Shown: positions 40,101 through 51,683 of the stretch, piece by piece
Layout of the letters: each line of letters starts with the position of its first letter
How positions within the stretch are numbered: the first letter of the stretch is position 1
Notes under the pieces: model-generated
Database searches by the model: none
Seen by the model: only the letters and a program-made list of their open reading frames with translations
Told to the model about the DNA's origin: nothing
Translations under genes and position numbers: made by a program
From: Trichoplax adhaerens
Lineage: Eukaryota; Animalia; Placozoa
Direction of reading: 5' to 3'
DNA: 64,000 nucleotides
Assembly: GCF_000150275.1 (NCBI RefSeq)
Contig: NW_002060962.1
Coordinates: 985,205-1,049,204 of the forward strand

Positions 40101-40211
40101 CCCATAGCAAGTTTTACGGCGATTTTCCGGTAATATTTTGCCAAAGTTACCGCAGCAAGCTTGATAAACTACTTGAGGTTGCTGAGTTTGTATTTGTACT
40201 TGCTCACCCAT
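37137..40211 (-). CDS. MS4A/CD20-like four-transmembrane protein, paralog 1 (5 exons)
   Basis: Exons 39945-40211 (QQPQVVYQACCG...GADIWAGVF), ~39466-39525 (YILCGIFAIASHK), 38509-38733 (TM3/TM4), ~37971-38055, and 37137-~37302 (Q/P-rich tail with PPLY). Four hydrophobic segments; the GxxIWxGxFYIxxG signature resembles the MS4A TM2. Confidence 0.8.
39655..39858. repeat. Degenerate direct duplication (~117-bp period) in intron 1 of MS4A-like paralog 1
   Basis: aatttctag...taaataacattaa.taaactttt.cta...agagtg.aatggatta occurs twice. Confidence 0.7.
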
Positions 40212-41244
40212 TTTAATATCCAATCTTGCTTGTATTGTTGAGATAAAGATTACTTTGCTTTATTTGGAATAATTTTGAAAGATGGAATGAAAGTCGTGTT
40301 AGAGCGTGCAAATTAAAAATAGGATTTCCATTAGTTGATATTAATGGCAAACCGTTTGATTAATTTTTAACTTAATATATGTTGCTCTAACAGATAGTTA
40401 AGGATAGGGAATAAAGAAGTTTATCATTCAATTTCTAGGATGATCGACTATAGTTTGTTTTCTGTAAGTTATAGCCCGCGCTAGCATGACTGTCATTTTC
40501 ATAATTTATCATAATATCAAATCATTTTCTAGCCCTACCTTGTAACCAAGTGATCTAAGAAAAAATTGATCTTCTTTGTTTCTCCACGAGCGTAATTCTG
40601 ACCCACTTAAGCGATAGCAATCGCTTTTTACAACGATATTACAGCCTCTGTAATAATAATTTTCTGTCTAATTAATTCCGTAGCGAGAATTTGACTGGTA
40701 GCTATTTTAAGTATATGGCGTTTAAACTCTATGACGTATTGCCTATAATGGCTATACTGGGTATATGAAGTGCTTTCGACCTCTTGAAATAAAATATAAA
40801 TGGGATCGCCATCAATTAATTCAGTGACGTCTTTTAAATTGTTAGCAGAACAATGTCGAAAAGAATAGAAATAGAAGATTGATCTATTTAAATTGACTAC
40901 CATTATTTACGGAAGTTTGAATACTCCGCTCACTTTGCTATCATTATTAATGGACAACATATATCATTTCTAGCTGTTAGAATAATTCTTTGCTAACGTA
41001 ATCGTTTATAAGTTAACGATTGTGTTAAATGATCATAATTTTGAATTAAAGATGGGATCGCTTGATTAGCTTACTAATACCTAATATATCAGATCTAAAC
41101 TAGCCTCTTTTCTCCTCTTTTTTAATACACTTTTCTACTATTGTCTTAGTATATAGTTTTATTGTTATTAAAAGACTTAATTCATAAGCTGAATGAGGAT
41201 AATAAGATGCATTGCAAGCCCAACAAAACGATACGACGACAAGG

Positions 41245-41353
41245 AAATTAAAGTCCTCATTCTGCTGATTAAAGTACATAAGAATGATTAAATATAGTAT
41301 CCGATATTTAATCAATCTTATGTACTTTAATCAGCAAATGAGGACTTTAATTT
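41245..41353. repeat. 109-bp near-perfect palindrome (MITE-like foldback)
   Basis: Arms of ~50 bp (AAATTAAAGTCCTCATT[C]TGCTGATTAAAGTACATAAGA[A/T]TGATTAAATAT) with one indel and one mismatch around the 8-nt loop AGTATCCG. Confidence 0.9.
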
Positions 41354-42088
41354 AACGCTCTGAATTTAAAAAGAATAAACTAAGCATTAGAATCTTTCCT
41401 TTCAGAAGAGCATATAGATAACATATCGCATCTTTCTTTCAATATATCAAGAGTTTATTATTATCAGATTAAATAATTAGAGCAGTAAAATAGCGATAAC
41501 AAAGTTGATTTGACTGTATTTAATCCCATATGCTCTAATTTAGCTTAAGCTGAAGATATGAACTTTAGTTCTGCCTTCCTTATACTTTATGAGCCATTTC
41601 AACACAAGAATGACATCAGAAAGATAGGAAACATGCAGATATTCTCGATTTGTGTTACATTGAATTATATTATTGATATATATGTAATAACATGCCCGAA
41701 ATTACGCTGTATTGAATCAGCTTTTCGCCATTTTGATCTGAAGATGGAACTTTAGCTTGGCTATTTCCTCTTACTCAACAACTTAGATATAGACCAATTA
41801 CTATTATCATTCTTTTTATTACGAAATCGATTTAGTTAAAGTTAAATAATAATATAACTAAGTTGATAAAGTAAAAATAAGAAGTGCAAGCTTGTATTTA
41901 AAGGGAGATGTTTAAATCTGAAGATAGAACTTTTAGCTTATCACTCAATCTTAATGGATAGGAGTTACGAAGCGAAGCACCGTACATGTTAATTAAGTAG
42001 ATTTCGTTATGTAGCCAATGGCATTACGGTAAACAGTAATTTTGCATATTAATCGTGCATAGTTTTGCTAGAAACCAAGATGTAAGCG

Positions 42089-42447
42089 TGTTCTGAAATT
42101 AATTAGTATAATCTTTATGGATACTAATATTGGCTTCACCTTAGCACCCGCCGGGCGGTGCGAGCAAGGTGCGAATAATCTGCTGAGCCTCGTACCTTTA
42201 ATTGGCTATTTATTAGTTATCGCCTATTAAAGTTGCTTACTAGTTGTATCTATAGTAAACTTTATAGTTTATTGAGGGTTGTTTCCTTGTACAAGCCATG
42301 TAAATATTATGCTGCTAAATTACCATGTTTGCACCATAAGTTTGGTGGTAGGGTATAAAAGGAGGAGCGAATGCTTAGCTTCTCAGTTCGCGATTAGATA
42401 GCGTTCCTGCTACTCTATTAATAAAACTTTACTTAATTCTTAGAACA
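42089..42447 (+). mobile_element. Candidate solo LTR (359 bp)
   Basis: Termini TGTTCT...AGAACA (TG...CA with imperfect inverted ends), TATA box GGGTATAAAAGG at ~42351, AATAAA at 42420, and higher GC than the flanks. No target-site duplication is seen. Confidence 0.6.
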
Positions 42448-43096
42448 GCCTTATTCCTGTGGGATTGTACTGTGAGTAGTATAGGGCTACAGTACAGCAG
42501 ACCTCCAGGTGTAGTGGAGATAGGAACAAGTAATCTATTAGGTTAGGACAGTAGTTCGTAAGTCAAGTTTGTGATAATAGGTTAGACATGGACTTTCAAT
42601 ACCACACTCATATTTCATGGTATTTACTTTTAAAATTGATATTTCAGTAAGTGAAATTAAGGTATAGCTAAAGTAATAAATAAATTTGAATTAATGCTCA
42701 GTGATTGATATCTTTAGCAGAAGGTACTTTAGCCTGGCTCTTTCCTTTCATAGAATGGATCAAACATGACAGTGTCTCGGTTATTATCCTCTCTAATAAC
42801 ACCAATTTCTGAGGTATCATGCGACCAAATAATTTACTTTACTAACTAATTTAACTCAGAATTGATACAATAGCAGTAACAACATCAAGAACATGCTTGA
42901 TAAAGTACCGATATTGCAATGTTTAATTTATGACGGTTATTTATCTTTTCTAGTTTATTTTCGATCTATTAATATTTTATTGCTAAACTATTGATACGCA
43001 CGGAACTTCAATCTTTTTACTAGTATTATAAATACGGTTGCTTTCATACAGAATAATGCAAACTTGATGGTTTGCTAACAGTTTAAGTTGCTACAA

Positions 43097-43128
43097 TTAT
43101 TGAAAGGGTTATCATAACCTTTCAATAA
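43097..43128. repeat. Short near-perfect inverted repeat
   Basis: TTATTGAAAGGGTTAT-C-ATAACCTTTCAATAA. Confidence 0.75.
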
Positions 43129-44186
43129 TAGGAACTATTCGGTAAACTATTATAGGTAGATTATAGATTTGTATTATTTTGACTAGTGAATACGTAAATC
43201 AAAATATACGATTGCTTTTCATAAGTTATTAGGTATAACAAATTTGTAAGTCTACATCGTTAAGCGACGAAAGATTTAAATTATTACATCGCATATTACT
43301 TTCATTTCATAATGAACTTAAACAGATGAATAGCATGCTAATAAATTTCTGTTTCTATAGTTAACGACTGTAATTAGAGGTAGTAGAAGAATAATGTTAC
43401 AAATTTGCATTAGAACTTTAAAGTTATTGCAAATTACATTTTCTATGCTAATTTTATCTACTATAATTTTAGATAGATAAACTAAAAATTCGATATTAAC
43501 TCGTGAAATTAGGTTTCGAAATATTTCACTAATTCGGTGCATTTAAGACTGACTATAATTAGCAAAGCTGTATGTTATGCCATAGTGCAATAAATCAATT
43601 ATAAATTAATAAAAGTTGAAGCTAAATTTACCAAGTATTGCTACTGTCCTCTATCTCATAAGAGTTGTAGTGCCGGTACTCTTGGTTAACTAATTTTACC
43701 TATGAACATAAACAATAAACGGCAGAATTTAAGGTAAGCTAGATAATATTAACTGGACATATTGATTAAGGTAATGGAAAGCAGGAAATTATGATTTTCG
43801 ATAATGCACGAAAATCCCATTACATATGAATACAACAAGCAGTTTATGAGTAAACACCGTAATACAGATTCAGCAGTATCTAATTGAGCTCACAAAGTTA
43901 TTCATATATATTGCTAAAGTCATTCAATATATATATTTGAGGTTGTTTTCTTCAGTAAATAGTATTCGTGGTGCAATAGCGTTTTGCAAAAGAATTATTA
44001 TTAACAAGCCAGAAACCAATATTCTTGATCTTACCACTAGTTAATTACTTTTATTTGCGATCAGCATGATTTGAGATTTAGAGTTAAATTATATTTGTTA
44101 CTGATCAATATTGAATATTTAAAGCCATACATTCTTTTTATTGTCTCTCGATATCGAATATGGATATTATACTTTGTAAACCGTAA

Positions 44187-46327
44187 TCACTCTGAGTACT
44201 GCGGCGGTAGTGGTTGCTCAAGTTCTTGCATTGGTTGATCAATTATAGTTTCGGTAGTTATATATCGAGATCGGTCGGATAGGCCTGTATGGACGTAAAG
44301 TGGTTGAAGAGGCTGCTGTGCTAAAACTAGGTTATGCATTCAAGTCATAGGAACCTGATTAGTTTATGTGTTATAACGTACTGGTATTTCGGTTGATTTT
44401 TATTATTTAAACTTAATAATCTAATTTTGTTTCATTATAAAGGCTAAGTATGAGATGTCAACTGGACTAAACTTTAAGAATAATAAAGTGAATTGATGAA
44501 ATAGTGATTACAATCAATTCTTATAGTAAGATTTGGCAACAACCCAAACTTATTATTATTATAAATACAGAAGAATCTTTTTATGTAGACTTGAAATGAT
44601 ACTGCTGTCTATCTACGAGTAAATAAATTAAATATGCAGTAGCTGTTCATATTTTGAAATTACTCCTACAAGACGTTTTTACTTATACTATATCATTGCA
44701 CTAGTGTCGTTAGACTCACCCAGTTGATTTGGAATATGTTGAATTGTTGGTACTTGATTGCTGTCGCCCTGATGATGGGCAGGAGACATTCTCTTTTATT
44801 TATTATACAGAAAACAAGAAAAATCAAAATATTAACAAATATTAAGAAAAGTCAGAATTGAAGTTTACAAGAATAATTTAACCAATGCCAGTCTCCATCA
44901 TAAATCGTTACGATCATAAACTGGAAGGATAGTATAATATAAGTAAAATATGATATTTTGCTTTTACTGTGGTATTTCTCCACTCTAACGAAGATGTCAA
45001 GATAGTAAGCTGTTACTTGAGAAATATTAATCTTAATTTATGATATGCATTATTAATATATTTAGTTACAGAATTCACGGGATAGCCAGTGGTTTACGTG
45101 CATCATAAGAATGTACTACAATTCTGTACGTATAAAATATAGATATCAATATTCTCATAGCTAAGCCGTATGGAACTATAATTCTATGAAAATTGATGAC
45201 ACTTGACGATGTAGATTTAAAATTTAGAATAAACTATTTAATTCATTTGCTGTAAGCTAAGAAAGGGTATATGTGGTATATTACTATGAAGATATACATA
45301 GTTTAAGCCTTAGGGCTACTTATTATTTCATTAATTTTATCAAACAATCCAATTCTACTTACAGCTAAAGTTGGTTTGCAATAAATGCTATTACTTAAAA
45401 TAATGATCGACGCTAGCGAGAAAGAGAAGGCAAGGGCTGATAATAATATGGATACTGCATTGAACCAAACACTTGCGATAACATTGGCATTAAGCATAGT
45501 ACCAAAACTTATACCACAATGAGCCAAGGAAAGTAAAAAGCTTATAATAGATAAAATAAAGAAAGTATGTGCCTGTAGAAAAAGAGTGTTCCATATCTTA
45601 CTCACTGGTTGAAATCAGAATACTCGTTGTTAATACTCTTCATCAATAATACCTTATACTTCAGAAAATAAACTTTAAGTTAAAAATAATTAAAACAACT
45701 TACCAAATATCGATTGGAACAATTTTTATATGTAGAAATGGCAAAAATTCCTGTTAAAACATACTAGATAGTAGAATAGACGGAAGGTATTCATAAAAAT
45801 TTTCATCAAGTAAAATTTTTAGTAACTGGATTCGCATATCTTAAAATCCAGTTAGAGTCGAGATTATTTAAATTTGGCAGTTATGGTATACGTATACTCA
45901 TGTTGAATTATTTTATGCCATATTCAAATTAGTAAAAGCTCATATTTAAATACTATCAAAGCCTTTAGATGCAATCCTTTGATTGCAAGGTATTTTATCT
46001 GTTTAAATTATTATGATATAAAATTTTGATTTATATCCATCGTTTAAGACTTACAAAGATTCCGGCCCAAATATTCGGGCCTATAAAAGCACTCATATTG
46101 TAAAGATGAATATAAGTTCCGTCATTATTATGATGATAGGATGAAGTAGCAAATAATCCAACGATGCCAATAGTAAGACTAATTAGGCCAGTAATAAAAG
46201 TACTAACGCCTATGCCAAATACTACCGATCGTACACGATGCGGCAATTCCTTTGCAAATGGAGCGCAACAAGGTTGGTATGTAATATGAGATTGTGGAAG
46301 ATAAAATGGTGTTTGATAATTTGCCAT
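44187..46327 (-). CDS. MS4A/CD20-like four-transmembrane protein, paralog 2 (5 exons)
   Basis: Exons 46055-46327 (YQPCCAPF...GPNIWAGIF), ~45704-45763 (YVLTGIFAIST), 45363-45572, ~44720-44792, and 44187-~44326 (tail ending PLPPQYSE*). Same exon phases as paralog 1. Confidence 0.8.
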
Positions 46328-49315
46328 ACTGAAAGGTATTGCGGAGTATTGATCTGATGATTTGAAACGATTCCTTCGCCGATAGAGCAGTTAGTAAAAA
46401 GTGATATTTAATTTACATTAGTCTTTTTGTTCACTTTAATCTTTACGTTTTCAATCACATTAGTTATATTTACCTTAGAATAAGATCTGCCACACTTTAT
46501 AGAATTTTCAAAATAATTCTCTGTTACTAAAGCTCCGATACTTAAAGTACCTTATTCTATAAGATGTATACCAACAGCATTTGAGTATTTGTTACAATAT
46601 ACTTCTAATATACTTTATCATTGTTTAACAATTAATTGAAATCCATTTACCGAGTAAATGGATATAGAATATATCTGACGTTATGCGCTCTTTATTACAT
46701 CGCAATGCGACCATTTCTTAGTATATTAAAGGATCTGCTTGACTTAAATCCTCTGGGCAATGACCTTATTGATTATTTATTAATCTTAAAACAACAATTT
46801 TGATCTTGAAGGGTCTAAGAGAAAGGCAAAATAGCTTTAGGGCCTAAATCCATTCAATCTTGTCGATATCAAGAGTTATTTTATTTAATTCTGCTAAAGA
46901 ACAATGTCAGATTGTATCCTAAAAGTAGGTGTTGAATATCTACATTCCTAATTTTCCCTGGAGCAAAATGCTCATTAATGAATTTAATATGCTGATTGCT
47001 AAGTTTTTTCTCATTTTTTTATATTAACATTGAACAGCGAGCGTCATATTTCAGGTAAATGCTTTCAGCTTCTATTCAAGTATGACTTAAATTAAAAGAA
47101 ACTTAACCGCCAATTGAGTAGCAAGAGCTAAGCAAGGTTGTTTACGTTAATTTTGCTGGCTACTCTATTGCAACAAAATTATGATATTAATATGATATTA
47201 CAATGACACGATTACATTTATATTACAAATCCTTATAACAAAATAATGCAGCTACATACTTTATTTACATTAAATTATTCTCTCAAGATAAATTTTTAAT
47301 AAATTAAGATTTCATGACTACACTGTCAGATTATAATTGTAATCAGATAATACCAAGTTCTTGATAATGAATTTGATGATTTGCTAAGTGTGGCAGACAT
47401 CTGGTTCTAGAACTATTTATTTATGATAATTTGAGTTATTATTGCAAGCTGGTGAATTACTATTGCATTTAAGATAGCATTCCAACTAAAGCGCAATTTA
47501 TTATTGTAAAATTTACTTAATTCTATTACAAATTTTGAGAGCAAGCTAAGCTTCTAATACAGTGACAATAGACTGGTATTATAAAACTTGAAATAGCAGT
47601 AGCTCTTCTAAATGGATTTAATTTCTCAGTACAAACGCTATCTTAGACTAATTTAATATACAGTATTTTGGTAGATTATATTTCTATAACTACACTTAAG
47701 GAGTACCGTCACAATTATAGTAATATGAACGGTTGTTAAAAATGAACTCGAATAATTATGTCAGATATTGTTTCGGACAATTTAGTATCTAACGTGTACA
47801 TTAAAATTGCTATAATATGCTAATAGAAGCTTTTAAACTCATGAAGTAACTGATTTTTATAGTCTTTACAAATGAATTCAATTACGGCAAAGCAATAAGA
47901 CAACGTATTTGTGATTAATTATGATTTTAATCTATACCAATAGGATATCATCGGAACTATAGGTAAAAGTAGTCGTTACAGGCTTATTTATTCAGGCTAA
48001 TTATGATAATTAACTTTATAATCCATTAAAATCTTTGATATAAGTAGTATTTTATTTAGAGTCTGTGAAAGAATACTGATCAAAGAGTCAAAAATAGGGG
48101 GAGTTGAAATTTTTACTGTATGTTCTTGTCGAAATGTTTACCAAGTAAGTTTCAAAAGCATGAAAGGATATTCTCTATCGGTATAAAAATAATACCATAG
48201 GTATTGATCTTAATTTCGATAATGCTAATTGGCATTGAGCTCGATTTTTCTGATAAGTTGTACGCTATTATTTTAGACTGCTTAAGGCAGATTTGATAAA
48301 AATATATAGTCTATTAGAAAAATTTTACTCTATTCCTCTCTGTATACGGCGTATCTAGATAATTGCTTACTTATAATTACGAAGCTGCGAATGCTCAGGC
48401 AGGCACGTTAGCTGAAAATAAAAGGACCTTGACTTTTCTCTGCTCAGCTTCTAGTATGATATTTATAGACTCTCTGCATTTCTTTATTTATCAGATTGCC
48501 AGCCTTAGTATAATGAAGTCATATTTTGATCGACAGGTTATGATTTAAGGTATAAAGTTGTCGTTTAGTATTAAAAAATAGCTAAGAGTTCGTAATGTTC
48601 ATTTAAGAATTAATATTCAAGCACAAAGAGATTGACTGACGCAGCCTAAAATTTTTTAAACTATAACCGTCGATTACAGTATAAATTTTTTCTCTTTCGA
48701 GTGCTGTATATGATCCTGAAGCTATTAGAGTTTTATTCAGGTATGGAATGTTGTTAATGGACTAATCTTGATCTATTTAATTTAAAAAATTTCTATCTGA
48801 AAAAAATGGAACTTTTGTTTTTTACTTTTTATCGTGTTAAGTATTTATACCCAAAAGATCAAGCTCTTGTTAATAACAAAATTAATACTATGCATAAAAA
48901 TGCTTTTATTAATAACTGAAGCTGACTTGCATTTTTACAGTTATTGCTTTTCAATTACGGTCGCAGTAGTTCGCAATCTTATAACGATAATATTCTATTG
49001 AAATTCTACATAGCTATCGCTAATAAATACTTTTATTATTTCTATTTCAGCAAGGAGTATGCAATACTGAGCTGACTTCATAAATACGCATATATAAATA
49101 CAAAAATTTACTAAGTAATGATACTTAAGCTCGAAAACATTTAATTCTGAGTTGACCACGTAAAATTAACACGAGAATTTATATCATAAGATGACATTGT
49201 AAGATTGTTACTAGTGATAGCTTTAAACTGCAGACCCTTTATTCTAATTGAAGTATTTACTTAATTAATTATTATTTCGGTATTTAGTCGTGTTAATTTA
49301 CAATTTTACAAATAT

Positions 49316-51683
49316 TTATCTGCTTGCAGGAATTTGTGTTGTTGTCGAAGGTTGGAAATTGGCGTATTGTGGAGGTTGTGCTACTTGATCTATAGGCACT
49401 TTAGTAGTCATTGAAGTTTGTGGCATAGCTACAGCTTGCATATACACTGGCTGACCGGCTGGATATCCGGTAGCTAAATAGAATTAGAAAGGATAGGTTA
49501 TTACGTATATATCTCTAATGATGCTAGTTGGAAATGGTCGTAATTTTAAGCTAGGAGCTGATTAATGGTTGATCTATTTATTTTATAATCGGAGGGCTAC
49601 TTACAAATTATATTTATATATATATATAACATATACAACTACCTCAGAAAAGAAATAAACACAGACAGTAATCATATTAGCAGCACTATACGTTATTATA
49701 TTAACAACTAACCTATTTGTCCAGGGTATTGCTGAATTGTGACTGGCTGAGCTGCTGCTCCTTGATAGTAAACGGTTATCGCGTTATGCTAATCAAATTG
49801 TCGGAGGAGGAAAAAAATTTAGATTATTTTAGTTCAGATAATAAATTAAATTTTGATCTTCCTTAATACTACTAACTTATAGTTTCCAGCTCTTTAGTTA
49901 ATAAATTGGTTATAAAGTGCAATTGTAAATATATAATTGCACGATTATACCGTAACTCTTAATATTAAGAGCTCTACTGAAATGTAATTTTTGGACATTG
50001 CAAGCATGGTAGCAAATTTTAGAACTCATAGTATGACTTGCAAAATTAAGATAAACTGTATATGCAGAAGATTTCTAATTTATAAACTTACGTTGTGGCT
50101 AGGTCCGCAGTAAATATGATGACCTAAGATGATAATACAGGTCAAGGCTAGAGAAAATCCCGCAATTGAAGTAAGAATGGAAACGATGTTGAACCAAATG
50201 CTATACCTAGCATGGTAATCAAACATAGTGCCAAGGCTTATGCCAAAGTGAAAGATGGACAAGATGAAACTGATTATCGAAAAGGCAAAAAAAGAGTTGA
50301 CCTAAATGGAAAATTAAATCAAATCATTTCTATGAGACATACTAAATGACAAGACCACAGAATATTTTTGTCAACAGCATTAGTGTAGTTAGCCCGTTAA
50401 TATATCAATCGGAAAACTATACATGTAAAAAATGAACCTTCTTACCAAATGATGGTTGATTCGGTTTTTCTGGGATACGATTCCAAAGATGCCGCATAAG
50501 ATGTACTAAAATTTGATGAATAAAAATAATTTATATCTGGCCTACAAAAGAAGTTAAACTCGAAATGTACCTAAAGGATCTCCGCGATAAATTTTGTCAG
50601 TCAATAATATACTGAAAGTAAAATGTGATCGAAGGTACAGAAATACTATAATACAGAAAATTTTATAGTATGTTTACTTTTACGGGATAAGAAACTGAGT
50701 GATGCCTGATAGAAAGATTTCTTCAGATGAAATCTAAACTTTTGCCGGCCAAGGCAGCTGCATGGTAGTGAATAATATGGAAGGCAAAAGAAATCATTTT
50801 ATGGTACTCCTGATTAGGCTAACTACTGGTAGAATAGAGGTAACTAATGGATAATATGAAGATTTAGTATTGTATTTAGATCTCAGTTTTTGAAGTAGAA
50901 TTTAAGGCCGTAGTCTGTAGATAAGATTTAAACGTATGAATTTAAATTTTCTGTAGCGTTTATTAAATCTGTACGTTAGTTTGTATCTGTATACTGTAGT
51001 AAACTGTAGGTAAATTTTGTCATGTCACCTTGTGTAGCTGATATGGAAATGATATTTTCTAGCAGAATTGCTACTGATTGGCCAGAGTGCACTTAACTTT
51101 AATTTTTTTCTGATTTAGAAAACATTACTTCATGACCAGGGTGATCCTTACAAATATAAGTTTGGGTCTGGTGTTAACACTATAGTAACGTCGCTTTAAC
51201 AAGATTTAAGTTGTTTCGAGAGTAGATATACTCGCACATGATTGACAATACAATTGAACATAAGATTTGGATAGATCGAAATTTAGATCACTTTTCCAAG
51301 AATAAATCAATCAAGCAAATGTAAAATCTTAAAACTAGTTTATGAAATCTATTACAGTATAATTTACTTACAGGAATTCCAACCCAAATGTTAGGGCCAA
51401 TATAAACTGCTAGGTTGTAATAGTGATAAATGATTGAGGTACGACGAGCAACGCTATGTAATGGATGATAGAAATTGTAGTAGCTGCTGGTGGTAAAAAA
51501 TCCAACGATGCCAACAGTCAAACTAATTATACCATTAATAAGCATGGTGATACCAATGGCCGTGGCCACAGTCTGCATTTTTGGCGTTAAAGTTTTACCA
51601 ATTGGACTACAACAAGTTTGGTAGACTACTTGTTGTGTCTGCTGGGGTTGATGTATAGCTTGTGGTTGATTTGGATTAGCCAT
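49316..51683 (-). CDS. MS4A/CD20-like four-transmembrane protein, paralog 3 (5 exons)
   Basis: Exons 51372-51683 (VVYQTCCSP...GPNIWVGIP), 50446-50505 (YILCGIFGIVS), 50092-50301, ~49713-49788, and 49316-~49473 (QPPQY tail). Confidence 0.82.

Noticed and set aside
40628-40903. 91-aa ORF (also 43318-43542, 48363-48548, 58265-58501)
   Set aside because: No recognisable motif or consistent splice partners; consistent with chance ORFs.
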